Assembly (NCBI GenBank): GCA_048887225.1
Contig: JBHLJY010000011.1
Span: 1 to 64,000, forward strand
Length of the DNA: 64,000 nt
Source: Candidatus Hodarchaeota archaeon
Lineage (GTDB): Archaea > Asgardarchaeota > Lokiarchaeia > Sigyniarchaeales > SOKP01
Direction of reading: 5' to 3'
Below, in pieces: positions 31,180 through 41,300 of this stretch (positions are counted from its first letter, which is position 1; the number at the start of each line of letters is the position of its first letter). The position numbers and the translations under genes are program-made. The notes under the pieces were generated by a model, which saw only the letters and a list, made by a program, of their open reading frames with translations, was not told where the DNA came from and searched no databases.

Positions 31180-31593
31180 GTGATTATGATACAATTTGGA
31201 ACCGATCTTGGAATTACCAACGACGACATAGAGAAGATAAGCCCTCAAATTACGTTTATTACCTCAAATGCAGATATAGAAGCTATTGCTCTTGTGTCTC
31301 AAGAGGGCTACCAAATTGCCTTTTCTGCTCTGCCACAATATCACGTTGATGGAGATCAATTTTGTGGTCTTGCCAGCGCTCTTTTGATGACAGGAAGATC
31401 AACGATTCAAACACTATTTCAAGAAGATTTAAGTGAAGTTATCGTAAGGGCTGAAGATGGATATATTGTTATAACAAATGCAGGGCGCTTAGTAATTGTC
31501 TGTGCTGGAACTGTCATCGACACTTTAATGAAAACTGTAAAAGTTACAAGAATTGCAGCTAAAAATCTTGCCAAAATCTTCGAAGGGAGATAA
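31180..31593 (+). CDS. Roadblock/LC7 (MglB-like) domain protein
   Basis: IEAIALVSQEGYQIA, LSEVIVRAEDGYIVITNAG. Confidence 0.88.
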   Translation: MIMIQFGTDLGITNDDIEKISPQITFITSNADIEAIALVSQEGYQIAFSALPQYHVDGDQFCGLASALLMTGRSTIQTLFQEDLSEVIVRAEDGYIVITNAGRLVIVCAGTVIDTLMKTVKVTRIAAKNLAKIFEGR

Positions 31594-31819
31594 ATCCATT
31601 AAATTGGATTAATTTTCTATTAATTTATAAACTAATTTGTTTAAAGCGATTTACTATTAACGCCTCTTTCATTGGATTAGATCATATCAAATCGATCTCA
31701 TTTCTAATACTTTTTTAATTTGTATAAACTATTAAATTCACATTACTATGTGTGTTAATAATTATTGATCCCCAATAATATAATAATACACATTTAAAAT
31801 GTGGAAATAAACAAAATAA

Positions 31820-33232
31820 ATGGTAATTACAATGGTGGATTATTTTAACTCTAGAATTTTATTGCAACCAAGCGAAGTACCTAAAGAATGGATTAATATA
31901 TTACCTGATTTGCCCTCCCCTATGACGCCTTTAGTCAATCCTATGGATGGAAGACCAGCACCACCAGAGATGGCTTTTGCAATCTTTCCTAAAGAATGTG
32001 TGCTCCAAGAAGTATCTCAAGAACCTGTCATTCCCATCCCAAATGAATTAAGGGAGATATTTGCAAAAACATATAGGCCTTCTCCACTCCATCGTGCTTT
32101 AGGCTTAGAAAAAGCATTAGGAATAGAAGGAGACGATATAAAAATTTTCTATAAAAATGAATCTTACTCACCTACAGGCTCACATAAGCCAAATACAGCT
32201 ATAGCACAAGCTTACTATGCTAAAAAAGATGGACTCAAAGAATTGGTAACAGAAACAGGCGCTGGACAATGGGGTTCTGGACTTTCTTACGGATGTAATT
32301 TATTTGGAATTAAATGTACTGTTTATATGGTTCGAGCAAGTTTTTTACAAAAACCAGGCAGGAAAATTTTAATGAGGTCTTATAATGCTGAAGTTCACGC
32401 GAGTCCTTCGAAATTTACTGAATCTGGAAGTGTTTTTCTAGAAAAAGACCCAGAACACCCTGGTAGTTTAGGAATCGCCATATCTGAAGCAGTAGAACAC
32501 AGTTTAAGAAGTGATACTATAAGATATTCTCTTGGAAGCGTTGTAAACTTTGTTTTATTGCACCAAACAATTGTAGGTCAAGAGGCAAAGATGCAACTTA
32601 ACAAAATTGGAGTGAAGCCTGATGTTGTAATTGGATGTATGGGAGGCGGTTCTAATTTCTCAGGTTTAATGATTCCTTTTGCCAGAGACAAATTATATGG
32701 AACACTCCCGGATGTAGAAATAATAGGTGTGGAACCACGGGCATGTCCAAGTGTTTGTAAAGGAGAATATAGATGGGATTTTGGAGATACTTCTATGAAA
32801 GGACCCATAGTAAAAATGCACACGTTGGGACATACATTTATTCCAAGTCCAATTCACGCAGGAGGATTAAGATATCATGGAATAGCCCCTATTGTTTCAA
32901 TTTTACATAACAATAAGGTGATTTCATCAACTATGCATCATCAAACTGAAGTAATAGAGGCAGGGCTTCAGTTTACAAGAACTGAAGGAATCCTTCCAGC
33001 ACCTGAAACAGCCCATGCTGTAAAAGAGGCAATTGATCAAGCATTAAAAGCTAAAGAAAACAACGAAAAAAAAGTTATATTATTTAACTTCAGCGGTCAT
33101 GGCTTTTTTGATTTATTGGCTTATAAGGAATATATGACTGGCGATTTGCGAGACTATGAATTGCCGACAATGGAAATTCAGAAAGCTTTAACATCTCCCG
33201 AAATGCCAAATATCGATGAATCTCAATTTTAA
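31820..33232 (+). CDS. trpB2: TrpB2-type tryptophan synthase beta chain
   Basis: SPTGSHKPNTA, TETGAGQWG, GGGSNF, IHAGGLRYHG, FNFSGHG. Confidence 0.95.
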   Translation: MVITMVDYFNSRILLQPSEVPKEWINILPDLPSPMTPLVNPMDGRPAPPEMAFAIFPKECVLQEVSQEPVIPIPNELREIFAKTYRPSPLHRALGLEKALGIEGDDIKIFYKNESYSPTGSHKPNTAIAQAYYAKKDGLKELVTETGAGQWGSGLSYGCNLFGIKCTVYMVRASFLQKPGRKILMRSYNAEVHASPSKFTESGSVFLEKDPEHPGSLGIAISEAVEHSLRSDTIRYSLGSVVNFVLLHQTIVGQEAKMQLNKIGVKPDVVIGCMGGGSNFSGLMIPFARDKLYGTLPDVEIIGVEPRACPSVCKGEYRWDFGDTSMKGPIVKMHTLGHTFIPSPIHAGGLRYHGIAPIVSILHNNKVISSTMHHQTEVIEAGLQFTRTEGILPAPETAHAVKEAIDQALKAKENNEKKVILFNFSGHGFFDLLAYKEYMTGDLRDYELPTMEIQKALTSPEMPNIDESQF

Positions 33233-33233
33233 A

Positions 33234-33244
33234 TTTTTTTTTTT
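33234..33244 (+). terminator. Oligo-T terminator after trpB2
   Basis: Run of 11 T immediately after the stop codon. Confidence 0.45.
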
Positions 33245-33339
33245 ATTTATTTTTATAAAATCTTTGTTTTTATTAAATCAAAATTTTAAAATTAGAGAGT
33301 AAATTTAATTTATTATTAATATTAAGAGTTTGGTAATTA

Positions 33340-34434
33340 TTGAACATATTCTCTTTTATTATTGTCTGCTTTTTATATTTTTACGCATCAATTATGCTAT
33401 ATATCACCTTTTTGGCTAAAAAAAAGGGTGAAAAAGAAGCTTTTATCGATGATTTGGCCAACTCTTTAGTTTTGATTAGCTCAATATCAATTAATTTATT
33501 AATAGTAAGCAATATAAGGCACCTTACGATTGATTTTATTGTTTTTCCCTTTGATATATTAATGTTAAGTTATATCATTATGTTTTTACCTATATTTTAT
33601 ATTTTAATCCTCCGTGAAAAGAGAAAAATTAAAAAAGGAAAAGAAATCTTTAAAAATTTTGAACAAGAGTCATCAAAAGAATTACCACTAAAATATGATA
33701 TTTATAGAAAATTAACACATCTAGTAGTATTAGCAATAATTTTGTTTTATTTTACGCTTGGTTTCATAGTACAAAATTTTTTTGTATACCTTTTAAATTT
33801 TGGACCAGAATTTATATCAGACATCTTTTTTTCAATATATAACATTGAAAAAGACAAAATGATCTTCACACAGTATCTGGTTGTGTTCCTTGTAGGAATT
33901 TCATTAATCGGATTACTAACAGCTGATTTTGTGAGAATTCTAAAACCAGAGCAATATCCTTTAAAACCCGTTAATCAGATATTAAAAGAAAAAGAGCGTT
34001 ATCATATGAGATTAGGTCCTCAAATATCTATGGCGGTCGGATGTTTTTCAATAATAATATTGTTTGGATTATTCCAACCAATTGGACCTTTGATAATATG
34101 TACTTCAATGACGATGGCTATTTTTGGGGATATTGCTTCTAATTTAATTGGAAGAACAATAGGAACTAAATATAAAAATATTCGGGACACAAATAAAACT
34201 TATATTGGATTATTTGCTGGGATTATCATATCTTATTTTTCAGGAATTCTCTTTCTTATCATACTAAGTGGATTTTTTATTTTAAGCCTTTTATTTTTTT
34301 TTTTAATACCCTTAATTGGAGCATTTACTATTGGCCTATTGGACTACTTAGATTTAGAAATAGATGATAATTTAAGTTTTAATTTTCTAGTCACTACTGT
34401 TTTATTTATTATAGCAATCCTTATTGGGGAGTAA
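33340..34434 (+). CDS. Dolichol/phytol kinase-like CTP-dependent polyprenol kinase
   Basis: Multi-TM; YRKLTHL, GDIASNLIG, KTYIG, DDNL. Confidence 0.8.
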   Translation: MNIFSFIIVCFLYFYASIMLYITFLAKKKGEKEAFIDDLANSLVLISSISINLLIVSNIRHLTIDFIVFPFDILMLSYIIMFLPIFYILILREKRKIKKGKEIFKNFEQESSKELPLKYDIYRKLTHLVVLAIILFYFTLGFIVQNFFVYLLNFGPEFISDIFFSIYNIEKDKMIFTQYLVVFLVGISLIGLLTADFVRILKPEQYPLKPVNQILKEKERYHMRLGPQISMAVGCFSIIILFGLFQPIGPLIICTSMTMAIFGDIASNLIGRTIGTKYKNIRDTNKTYIGLFAGIIISYFSGILFLIILSGFFILSLLFFFLIPLIGAFTIGLLDYLDLEIDDNLSFNFLVTTVLFIIAILIGE

Positions 34435-34474
34435 AATTTTTTTGAAATAAATACAATAATTTTTATGATTAGAA

Positions 34475-34981
34475 ATGTTTGAAGACAAATTAAAAATCGA
34501 AAAAATACGAAAGGGAACAGTTATTGACCATATTGACTCTGGATATGCTTTAACTATTTTAGATCTCACAGGATTAGCAGAATCACCAGACCTAATGACA
34601 ATAGGAATAAATGTTCCTTCGAAAAAGTTCCCTAAAAAGGATCTAATTAAAATTGAGAATATTTTTCTTAATGAAATTCAGATGCAACAAATTTCTATTC
34701 TATCACCAAACGCAACGATCTCTTTAATAGAAGATTATAAGGTCATTGAAAAGAAAAAAGTAAAAATTCCAGAAGTAATAAAAAAATTAATTGTCTGTCA
34801 AAATATAACCTGTATTACAAATTCACAAAAAGAACCTATCGATGCTGAATTCATCGTATTAGAAGAAAAACCCCTCAAAATTCAGTGTATCTATTGTGAT
34901 AGGATTTACAAATTAGATGAGATAATCTTTACCACACGAGAGAAAATAGAAAAAAGAGTAAGACAAAAAATACAATTATAG
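34475..34981 (+). CDS. pyrI: Aspartate carbamoyltransferase regulatory chain
   Basis: GTVIDHI, KKDLIKIE, SPNATI, CQNITCIT...CIYC. Confidence 0.95.
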   Translation: MFEDKLKIEKIRKGTVIDHIDSGYALTILDLTGLAESPDLMTIGINVPSKKFPKKDLIKIENIFLNEIQMQQISILSPNATISLIEDYKVIEKKKVKIPEVIKKLIVCQNITCITNSQKEPIDAEFIVLEEKPLKIQCIYCDRIYKLDEIIFTTREKIEKRVRQKIQL

Positions 34982-35148
34982 AAGCACGTTTTTAACATTG
35001 AGAAATATTAAAACCACAATCGAAAAATTTAACGACATCATTTCAAAATAATCATAAAGAGACTCTTTAAATTTATTCATTATTCTAAAATTGCGTTAAT
35101 AATATATAAATCAAGACTCCGTCAAGAAAAGTTGAATTATTCAGTATT

Positions 35149-35240
35149 GAACATTGGATATTAAAAAGAAATTTTATTAGATTATTTTCATTTCTAAAGA
35201 AAAAATTGAAAAAAAAGTAAAGCAAAGAATTCAATTATAA
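35149..35240 (+). pseudogene. Degraded duplicate of the pyrI 3' end
   Basis: 35181-35240 encodes IIFISKEKIEKKVKQRIQL* versus PyrI IIFTTREKIEKRVRQKIQL* (13/19 identical), preceded by in-frame TAG. Confidence 0.7.
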
Positions 35241-35246
35241 TATCAA

Positions 35247-35684
35247 TTATACTATTACTTGTAATGTATGAATCAGTATTGCAAATATCATAAACAAAAA
35301 GAAGTAAATCCCTATACCTGGCTTGATTATATTTTTCCAATCCCATTCCTCTTTATCATATTCATATCTTAAAATGAAAAAGCTCACCAAAAAAGGAAAA
35401 CCGAACCAAAAGCTTAACATCCAAATAAAAAGCCACCAACTTTTTAGACCTATTAATGTTCCTATTAATGCACTCAATGCACCTGTCGCTGCCCTGATCC
35501 AATACAATTTTGTCTCTTTTGCCAATCTAATCTCCAATTTTTCTTCTTTTTCTGTTTTAAATTTCTTTTTTATTTCCCTTTCTTCTCGCTCTACTTTTGG
35601 TTGCTTTTTTTCTCTCTCTTTTAATATCTTTGCTCGTTTTTTACGAACATCGAACTTTTTAGCGCGCTTTTTCTTGGACGCCAT
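35247..35684 (-). CDS. RAB5IF(OPTI)/EMC6-like three-TM protein
   Basis: Charged N-terminus, then LYWIR-TM-TM-EEWDWK..KPG.-TM-IHT pattern resembling the Rab5ip family. Confidence 0.65.
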   Translation of the reverse strand: MASKKKRAKKFDVRKKRAKILKEREKKQPKVEREEREIKKKFKTEKEEKLEIRLAKETKLYWIRAATGALSALIGTLIGLKSWWLFIWMLSFWFGFPFLVSFFILRYEYDKEEWDWKNIIKPGIGIYFFLFMIFAILIHTLQVIV

Positions 35685-35732
35685 GATGATTATTATTATA
35701 AATAATTATTATTATAAAAATCATTATACAAC

Positions 35733-37805
35733 TTGGAATTAAAAAAAAGACCGAAAATAATGAGATTATTTACAAATGTCGATGTATTCGCAATAACGAA
35801 AGAACTTGACCAAATGCTAAATAATTCCACAATTTCCAACGTGTATGAGATTGAAGATTTACTTATACTAAAACTAAATACATATGAAGGAAAAAAGAAT
35901 TTAATAATTAAAAGCGACGCTAGGATAAATTTAACGGAATATGATTACCCCATTCCTAAATATCCTTCCCAATATATAATATCTTTAAGGAAATTGTTAA
36001 AAAATAGACGAATTATAAAAATTTTTCAACATAATTTTGATAGAATTGTAATTTTTGAATTATATAATACTAATACGGAGCCTTGGAAACTCATAATAGA
36101 ACTATTTAATAAAGGAAATTTCATTCTTGTTGATGAAAAAAGCATAATAAAAGTAGCAAAAAAATATAAAAAATTTAAGGATAGAGATATCTTAGCTGGA
36201 AAGGTATATCTTTTTCCTAAGTCTAAAGGTAAAGATTTTTTGACATTAAATAAAAACGAGTTTAAAGAACTAATTAAAGGCACCGATGTTGAAGTTGTTA
36301 AAAATTTGGCAAGAAATATAAATATTGCAGGATTATACGGTGAAGAAATATGTTATAAAGCTGAAATTGATAAAAATTTAAATGGAAAAGATTTAAATGA
36401 TACAGACATTGATAAATTATTCAAATCATTTAAAGCTTTAAGAAATCAGTTACTTTTTGGTAATATTAAAGCCCATATCGTCATAGATGATGTTGGAAAA
36501 GAGCATTATGTTTTCCCTTTTGAATTAGAAATGTTTAATGAATTTAATAAGCGTGAATTTGATTCATTTAATAACGCTGTTGATAACTTCTATTCGAAAA
36601 TAGACTCTGAAATTATAAAGAAACCAAGCAACGAAAAAATTAAAGAAAAAATTAAAACACAGGAAAAAATTTTAAAAAATCAACTAGAATACTTGGAAGA
36701 ACTTAAACTAAAGAAGAAAAAATATTATGAACGTGGTGATTTTATTTATACCCATTTCAAACCTTTAGAAAAGCTAATAAATGTTATTAAAACTGCTAAG
36801 TCAAAGGGGTATAAATGGGAGGAAATTAATGATAAATTACAAAAAGCTAAGCTCGAAAAATTAGGTGGAACAGAATTTTTTAAAAAAATAATTCCATCTA
36901 CTAAGCTGGTTGTTATAAAAATTAACGATGATGAGATATATTTAGATTTAAACAGAAGCATTGGAGAAAATGCGAATGTAATTTATGAGAAAGGAAAAAA
37001 AGCAGAAAAAAAAATTAGGGGTACAGTTCCCGCAATTGAAAAAACAAAACTAAACATTGAGAAGTTAAAACTAGAAAAGGATTCAGTAGAAACTGAAATT
37101 GATTTTTTAATTAAGAAGCCAAAAAAAAAATGGTTTGAGAAATTCAGATGGTTTAAATCTTCAAACGAATTTCTAGTAATAGGGGGCAGAGATGCTAGCT
37201 CTAATGAACTTATATTTAAGAGATATTTGGATCAAAATGATTTAGTATTTCATACAGATTTCCCAGGTTCCCCTTTAATAGTTATAAAAAATCCTGAAAA
37301 TGAAACAATTCCAGAAGGTACCATTCTAGAAGCGGCAGATTTCGTAGCAAGTTTTTCTCGCGCGTGGAAAGAGAACTGGGGGGTGGTTGATGTATTTTAT
37401 GTTTTACCATCACAAATCTCTAGAAGTCCACCTTCTGGTGAGTATTTACCAAAGGGATCATTTATAATAACTGGCAAGAAAAAATTTATAAAAAACGCTA
37501 AAACTGAATTAGCAATAGGCTTAGAATTATTTGAGATGGAAATTAATTCAGACGATAGCATAAAAAAATATTATCCGAAAATATTATCTGGCCCAAAAAA
37601 TGCTATTATGGAGCAATCAGACAACATTATTATTATAAAACCATCAAAAACTGGATTGACAAAAGGTAAATTAGCTAAAGAAATTAGAACCTATTTTCTT
37701 AAAAACTCTGATAAGAGCATGAAAAAATGGATAAAATTATTATCTATTGATGAGATTATTCTGAGCCTTCCAACAGGCTCATCGATAATCGAATCAAAAG
37801 ATTAA
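35733..37805 (+). CDS. rqcH: Ribosome quality-control protein Rqc2/NEMF (RqcH)
   Basis: FDRIV, IELFNKGNFIL, WFEKFRWF, GGRDASSNE, SGEYLPKGSF. Confidence 0.93.
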   Translation: MELKKRPKIMRLFTNVDVFAITKELDQMLNNSTISNVYEIEDLLILKLNTYEGKKNLIIKSDARINLTEYDYPIPKYPSQYIISLRKLLKNRRIIKIFQHNFDRIVIFELYNTNTEPWKLIIELFNKGNFILVDEKSIIKVAKKYKKFKDRDILAGKVYLFPKSKGKDFLTLNKNEFKELIKGTDVEVVKNLARNINIAGLYGEEICYKAEIDKNLNGKDLNDTDIDKLFKSFKALRNQLLFGNIKAHIVIDDVGKEHYVFPFELEMFNEFNKREFDSFNNAVDNFYSKIDSEIIKKPSNEKIKEKIKTQEKILKNQLEYLEELKLKKKKYYERGDFIYTHFKPLEKLINVIKTAKSKGYKWEEINDKLQKAKLEKLGGTEFFKKIIPSTKLVVIKINDDEIYLDLNRSIGENANVIYEKGKKAEKKIRGTVPAIEKTKLNIEKLKLEKDSVETEIDFLIKKPKKKWFEKFRWFKSSNEFLVIGGRDASSNELIFKRYLDQNDLVFHTDFPGSPLIVIKNPENETIPEGTILEAADFVASFSRAWKENWGVVDVFYVLPSQISRSPPSGEYLPKGSFIITGKKKFIKNAKTELAIGLELFEMEINSDDSIKKYYPKILSGPKNAIMEQSDNIIIIKPSKTGLTKGKLAKEIRTYFLKNSDKSMKKWIKLLSIDEIILSLPTGSSIIESKD

Positions 37806-38542
37806 TATTCTTCCAACCATTGCTTAATTATAGGGATATTTTTATAATCATCGAAGAGAATTCCATTAATCCCCTGTTTTATTAAAGATTTAATCTTATC
37901 AACGGGTTTATCGTAGCGAAAGAAATCCCATGATAAAGATAAAATATTGTTTTTTTTACAGATTTCTATAAATTTATTAGATACCAAGGTTGATCTCAGA
38001 CCAATCATATCAATTTTAAAAGGGATTTTTTTTTGACCATATGTTATAAATTCTTGAATTGTTAAATCCTTTCCCTTGGTAATATTATAGCATATATTGC
38101 ATCTCGGAAATTTATTTTTAATTAATTTTAAATTTTTTAGATTTCTTCCGCTAATTACACAATCTTGTAATAAATCTCTTTCATTCACCGATTTAAGTAC
38201 TTGTTCGCATATATTATCCTCTTTTAAATCAATCATAAACTTAGTATTACCTTTAAATTTATCAAGAACTGCTATTAAAAGTGGAATCTGCTCTTTATTA
38301 GTTTTTGTCTTAAATTTCTTTATTTCATCGTAATAAAAATCCTTTATTAATCCTGAACCTGTTGTAGTTCTATTTAGAGAAGGATCGTGCATTATTATTA
38401 ATTTTTTATCTTTTGTTTCTCGTACATCAAATTCTATATAATCTGCTCCATTTTTTATAGCTTTATCGAAAGCTTGTAAAGTATTTTCGTCAAAATTAAT
38501 TCTCGTCCCACGGTGCCCAATGCAAATAAGATCCGTTTTCAT
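37802..38542 (-). CDS. Glycerophosphodiester phosphodiesterase
   Basis: GHRG, ENTLQAF, IEFDV, IMHD. Confidence 0.9.
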   Translation of the reverse strand: MKTDLICIGHRGTRINFDENTLQAFDKAIKNGADYIEFDVRETKDKKLIIMHDPSLNRTTTGSGLIKDFYYDEIKKFKTKTNKEQIPLLIAVLDKFKGNTKFMIDLKEDNICEQVLKSVNERDLLQDCVISGRNLKNLKLIKNKFPRCNICYNITKGKDLTIQEFITYGQKKIPFKIDMIGLRSTLVSNKFIEICKKNNILSLSWDFFRYDKPVDKIKSLIKQGINGILFDDYKNIPIIKQWLEEY

Positions 38543-38585
38543 GATTAAGGGATTTAAGAATTATTAAAAAATATTTTATTTGTCT

Positions 38586-39014
38586 TTAACTCTCTTGAAT
38601 TAAATATAAATAAAATAGAATCGCAAACACTCCAATTGAAGTAAGAATAAAAACAACAAGACTACGAATTGTTTGGATCAAGGATAGTCCTAATAAAAAT
38701 AAAATTTCTTTTAATTTAACTGGTTTTCCTGTTAGTTCTTTATAATTTCCTAGGCTAATCATCATAAAAAAGAATTCCAAAACAATTACGCTCGTTTTGA
38801 TTGAGTGGTCTAATATTTCCCAATATATCTCTTTTTTTACATATTTTATAATTATTCCTTCAAAAAACCACTCCGTTCCATTAAAGAACAGCGATAAGAC
38901 TAAAAAAACTCCCGCAAGAATAGCTGAGATTTTTACAGACTTTAATATTAATTTATCATCAGGTATCCTTTTTGATTTTGATTCTTTTTTTCGCTCTTTT
39001 TTAAATTTTGGCAT
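38586..39014 (-). CDS. Membrane protein
   Basis: 3-4 hydrophobic segments; 1 nt downstream of the 39016-39831 gene. Confidence 0.7.
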   Translation of the reverse strand: MPKFKKERKKESKSKRIPDDKLILKSVKISAILAGVFLVLSLFFNGTEWFFEGIIIKYVKKEIYWEILDHSIKTSVIVLEFFFMMISLGNYKELTGKPVKLKEILFLLGLSLIQTIRSLVVFILTSIGVFAILFYLYLIQES

Positions 39015-39015
39015 A

Positions 39016-39831
39016 TTATTCCGTTACCCTTCTAATTTTCTTCTTTATTACAATTATTTTATAGAGATACAAAGCAAAAAGCCCTCCAAGACCAATAAAA
39101 ATAATTATACATAGAATATTGTGCACTAAAATCCATGGATTTTCTTCACCTTTAGGGAGGTATTCTATATCAATCAAAACAATGTTACTTTTTTTAAAGC
39201 TAGTAGGATAATTAGGATTTTCACCATAAACGATTTTAAAAGCATAAGTTTCTCCAAAATCTAAAAATACATCATTAATGTCATCATCTGAATTATTAAC
39301 AGGTATTCTGAATTCATAGATGATTTCTTTTCCATCTAATTTGGCAGCAGCCTCCCCATTAGATTCTCTATCTTTGTAGAATATATTGTTTAAAATGTAA
39401 TAATCTAAGTATTCATCTTTTTCGTTTATCCCTCCTAAATCATTAAATTGAAGGATTTTTGCATCTACAAAAGATTCGTTACTTGTAGCCTCACTATCAG
39501 AAATTAAAATTCCTATAAATTCTTGAGATTCATGTTTTTCGAGCTCAAATTGAATAGAAATATAAAGATTTGATTTATTTTGCATTACCCATAACTTAAT
39601 TGGTATTCCCTTATCAGTAGGGGTTAAACTTGTTAGACTAATTTCTTCTTTCGTGGCATTAATCCATTCTTTCTTAGATCTATCAATATCACCGTCTATT
39701 TCTGGAGCGTATCCAAAATCAGGTTCAATATCTATAATAATGGCATAACTGTTATTTGTAAGAAAACATACAGTAAAAAACATGTGAATTATAAGCAAAC
39801 AAAAAAAGATTTTAGTTGTTGATTTTTTCAA
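39016..39831 (-). CDS. Secreted, C-terminally anchored protein (DOMON/CBM9-like)
   Basis: Signal peptide, PEIDGDI..EW, LYISIQF, YEFRIP, C-terminal TM and basic tail. Confidence 0.6.
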   Translation of the reverse strand: MKKSTTKIFFCLLIIHMFFTVCFLTNNSYAIIIDIEPDFGYAPEIDGDIDRSKKEWINATKEEISLTSLTPTDKGIPIKLWVMQNKSNLYISIQFELEKHESQEFIGILISDSEATSNESFVDAKILQFNDLGGINEKDEYLDYYILNNIFYKDRESNGEAAAKLDGKEIIYEFRIPVNNSDDDINDVFLDFGETYAFKIVYGENPNYPTSFKKSNIVLIDIEYLPKGEENPWILVHNILCIIIFIGLGGLFALYLYKIIVIKKKIRRVTE

Positions 39832-40026
39832 GATTAATAAATCACTTATTTTTAAATTGTTTAATTTTCCTTATATTTCACGTTAAAAGTGATAATTTAA
39901 TTTGAATATTAAATTTTTACAAATTTATACTCATGTATTTATTTAATTTAGGATAATTTGAACTAGTTATCATTAGCTTCGAAATTGGAGCTTTATTAAA
40001 TAAGTCTAGTATTCTTTAACACAAAT

Positions 40027-40488
40027 TTATCGTAGAAAATTAGGGAGTAAGATTAAACATTGAAATTTATTTAAATATGCAATAATATAGTTTATAAGTC
40101 GTTTTATCTCGCGTCTCGCATCGGAATTGTTCTGTTTATTGGTATATTCAGCATAGGGTTTTGGACCAATTGCTACTAATGAACCAGAGAGGTCTTTTTC
40201 CCTCTTTACAAATAGCCAAAAGGGCTTATTTTTTTCTGTATCTTTTACTATGAAAAGCATCCATGGGTTGAATGTCCAATCTTCGTCGTTTTCTGGTCCA
40301 ATAACCTTTTCAATCGCTCTACTTGTTGAATATTTTTTTGTTATCTTAATTATTTTAGCTAGCTCATTAAAATAACTTCTCTTTATTTTTAAATATCCTC
40401 CAAAATAAGATTTAGCATCGAATAATTCAAGCTCTTTCTTAAGATCTATGCCATTCGGAAATTTGAGGATAATTCTCCAAAGCTTCAT
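40027..40488 (-). CDS. Hypothetical protein
   Basis: 153-aa ORF in a run with the RNase P genes. Confidence 0.7.
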   Translation of the reverse strand: MKLWRIILKFPNGIDLKKELELFDAKSYFGGYLKIKRSYFNELAKIIKITKKYSTSRAIEKVIGPENDEDWTFNPWMLFIVKDTEKNKPFWLFVKREKDLSGSLVAIGPKPYAEYTNKQNNSDARREIKRLINYIIAYLNKFQCLILLPNFLR

Positions 40489-40507
40489 AGAAATATCTGT
40501 TATTTTT

Positions 40508-40939
40508 TTATTTTAAACAAATCTCTTTAATTGATATATCTCTAAATATATTTTTAATCTTATTTAAAGCGACTTTTAAAACTTCAGTTTTAACATCAGA
40601 TAAACTTAAATTAAGATAACATTCATAATGTAATTCATTTCCTTTTATTATTAAACCAGAGGTATGGATTATATCAAATTCTTGGAATATTTTGGATAAG
40701 CTTAAATATGAGGTAGTTTTATCTGACGTTTTTAAACCAAATAAACTTACTTTAATTAGATTTTTTACTTTAACGGGGTAAATTGCTAATCTTGCACGAT
40801 TTTCTTGATTCGTTTGGATAACTAATAAATATGGATTATCTTTTAAATATCTTTTATCCGATATTGATATATTTAAATTAATATTAGTAGGATCGTCAAT
40901 ACTCTGAATATATGCCCTTGTTAAGCTTATACCTTTCAT
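40508..40939 (-). CDS. Hypothetical protein
   Basis: 143-aa ORF directly downstream of rnp2. Confidence 0.65.
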   Translation of the reverse strand: MKGISLTRAYIQSIDDPTNINLNISISDKRYLKDNPYLLVIQTNQENRARLAIYPVKVKNLIKVSLFGLKTSDKTTSYLSLSKIFQEFDIIHTSGLIIKGNELHYECYLNLSLSDVKTEVLKVALNKIKNIFRDISIKEICLK

Positions 40940-40974
40940 TACTATTGAAAGTTTATTTTTTACAATTAATTTAT

Positions 40975-41298
40975 TTAATTTTTAATGTTTTTTAACCCTC
41001 TAATTGTTCCTGAAGTCTTTATTGGAGATAAAATTATTCTTTTTCCATTGATCTCTCTTATAAATGTCAATGCTGAAATCATTTCCTCTTTTGTTTCGTT
41101 TGAACACCTTATTATTCCGATTTCTCTCTTTAAATCTAGCTTATATAGCCATAACCCGGTTTTATTTGCCCCTTTTATACCAAAGTATCTCCATACAGAG
41201 CGCCAAATTAATCGAAGTATATCTTGTTTATCGAAAAATGTATCGGTTTCCTTTATTATTTTAAACAAAACATATCTCTGCTTTTCTATTTTGACCAA
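40975..41298 (-). CDS. rnp2: RNase P protein Pop5/Rpp14
   Basis: KQRYVLFKI, YFGIKG, GIIRC, KTSGTIR. Confidence 0.9.
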   Translation of the reverse strand: MVKIEKQRYVLFKIIKETDTFFDKQDILRLIWRSVWRYFGIKGANKTGLWLYKLDLKREIGIIRCSNETKEEMISALTFIREINGKRIILSPIKTSGTIRGLKNIKN

Positions 41299-41300
41299 TT

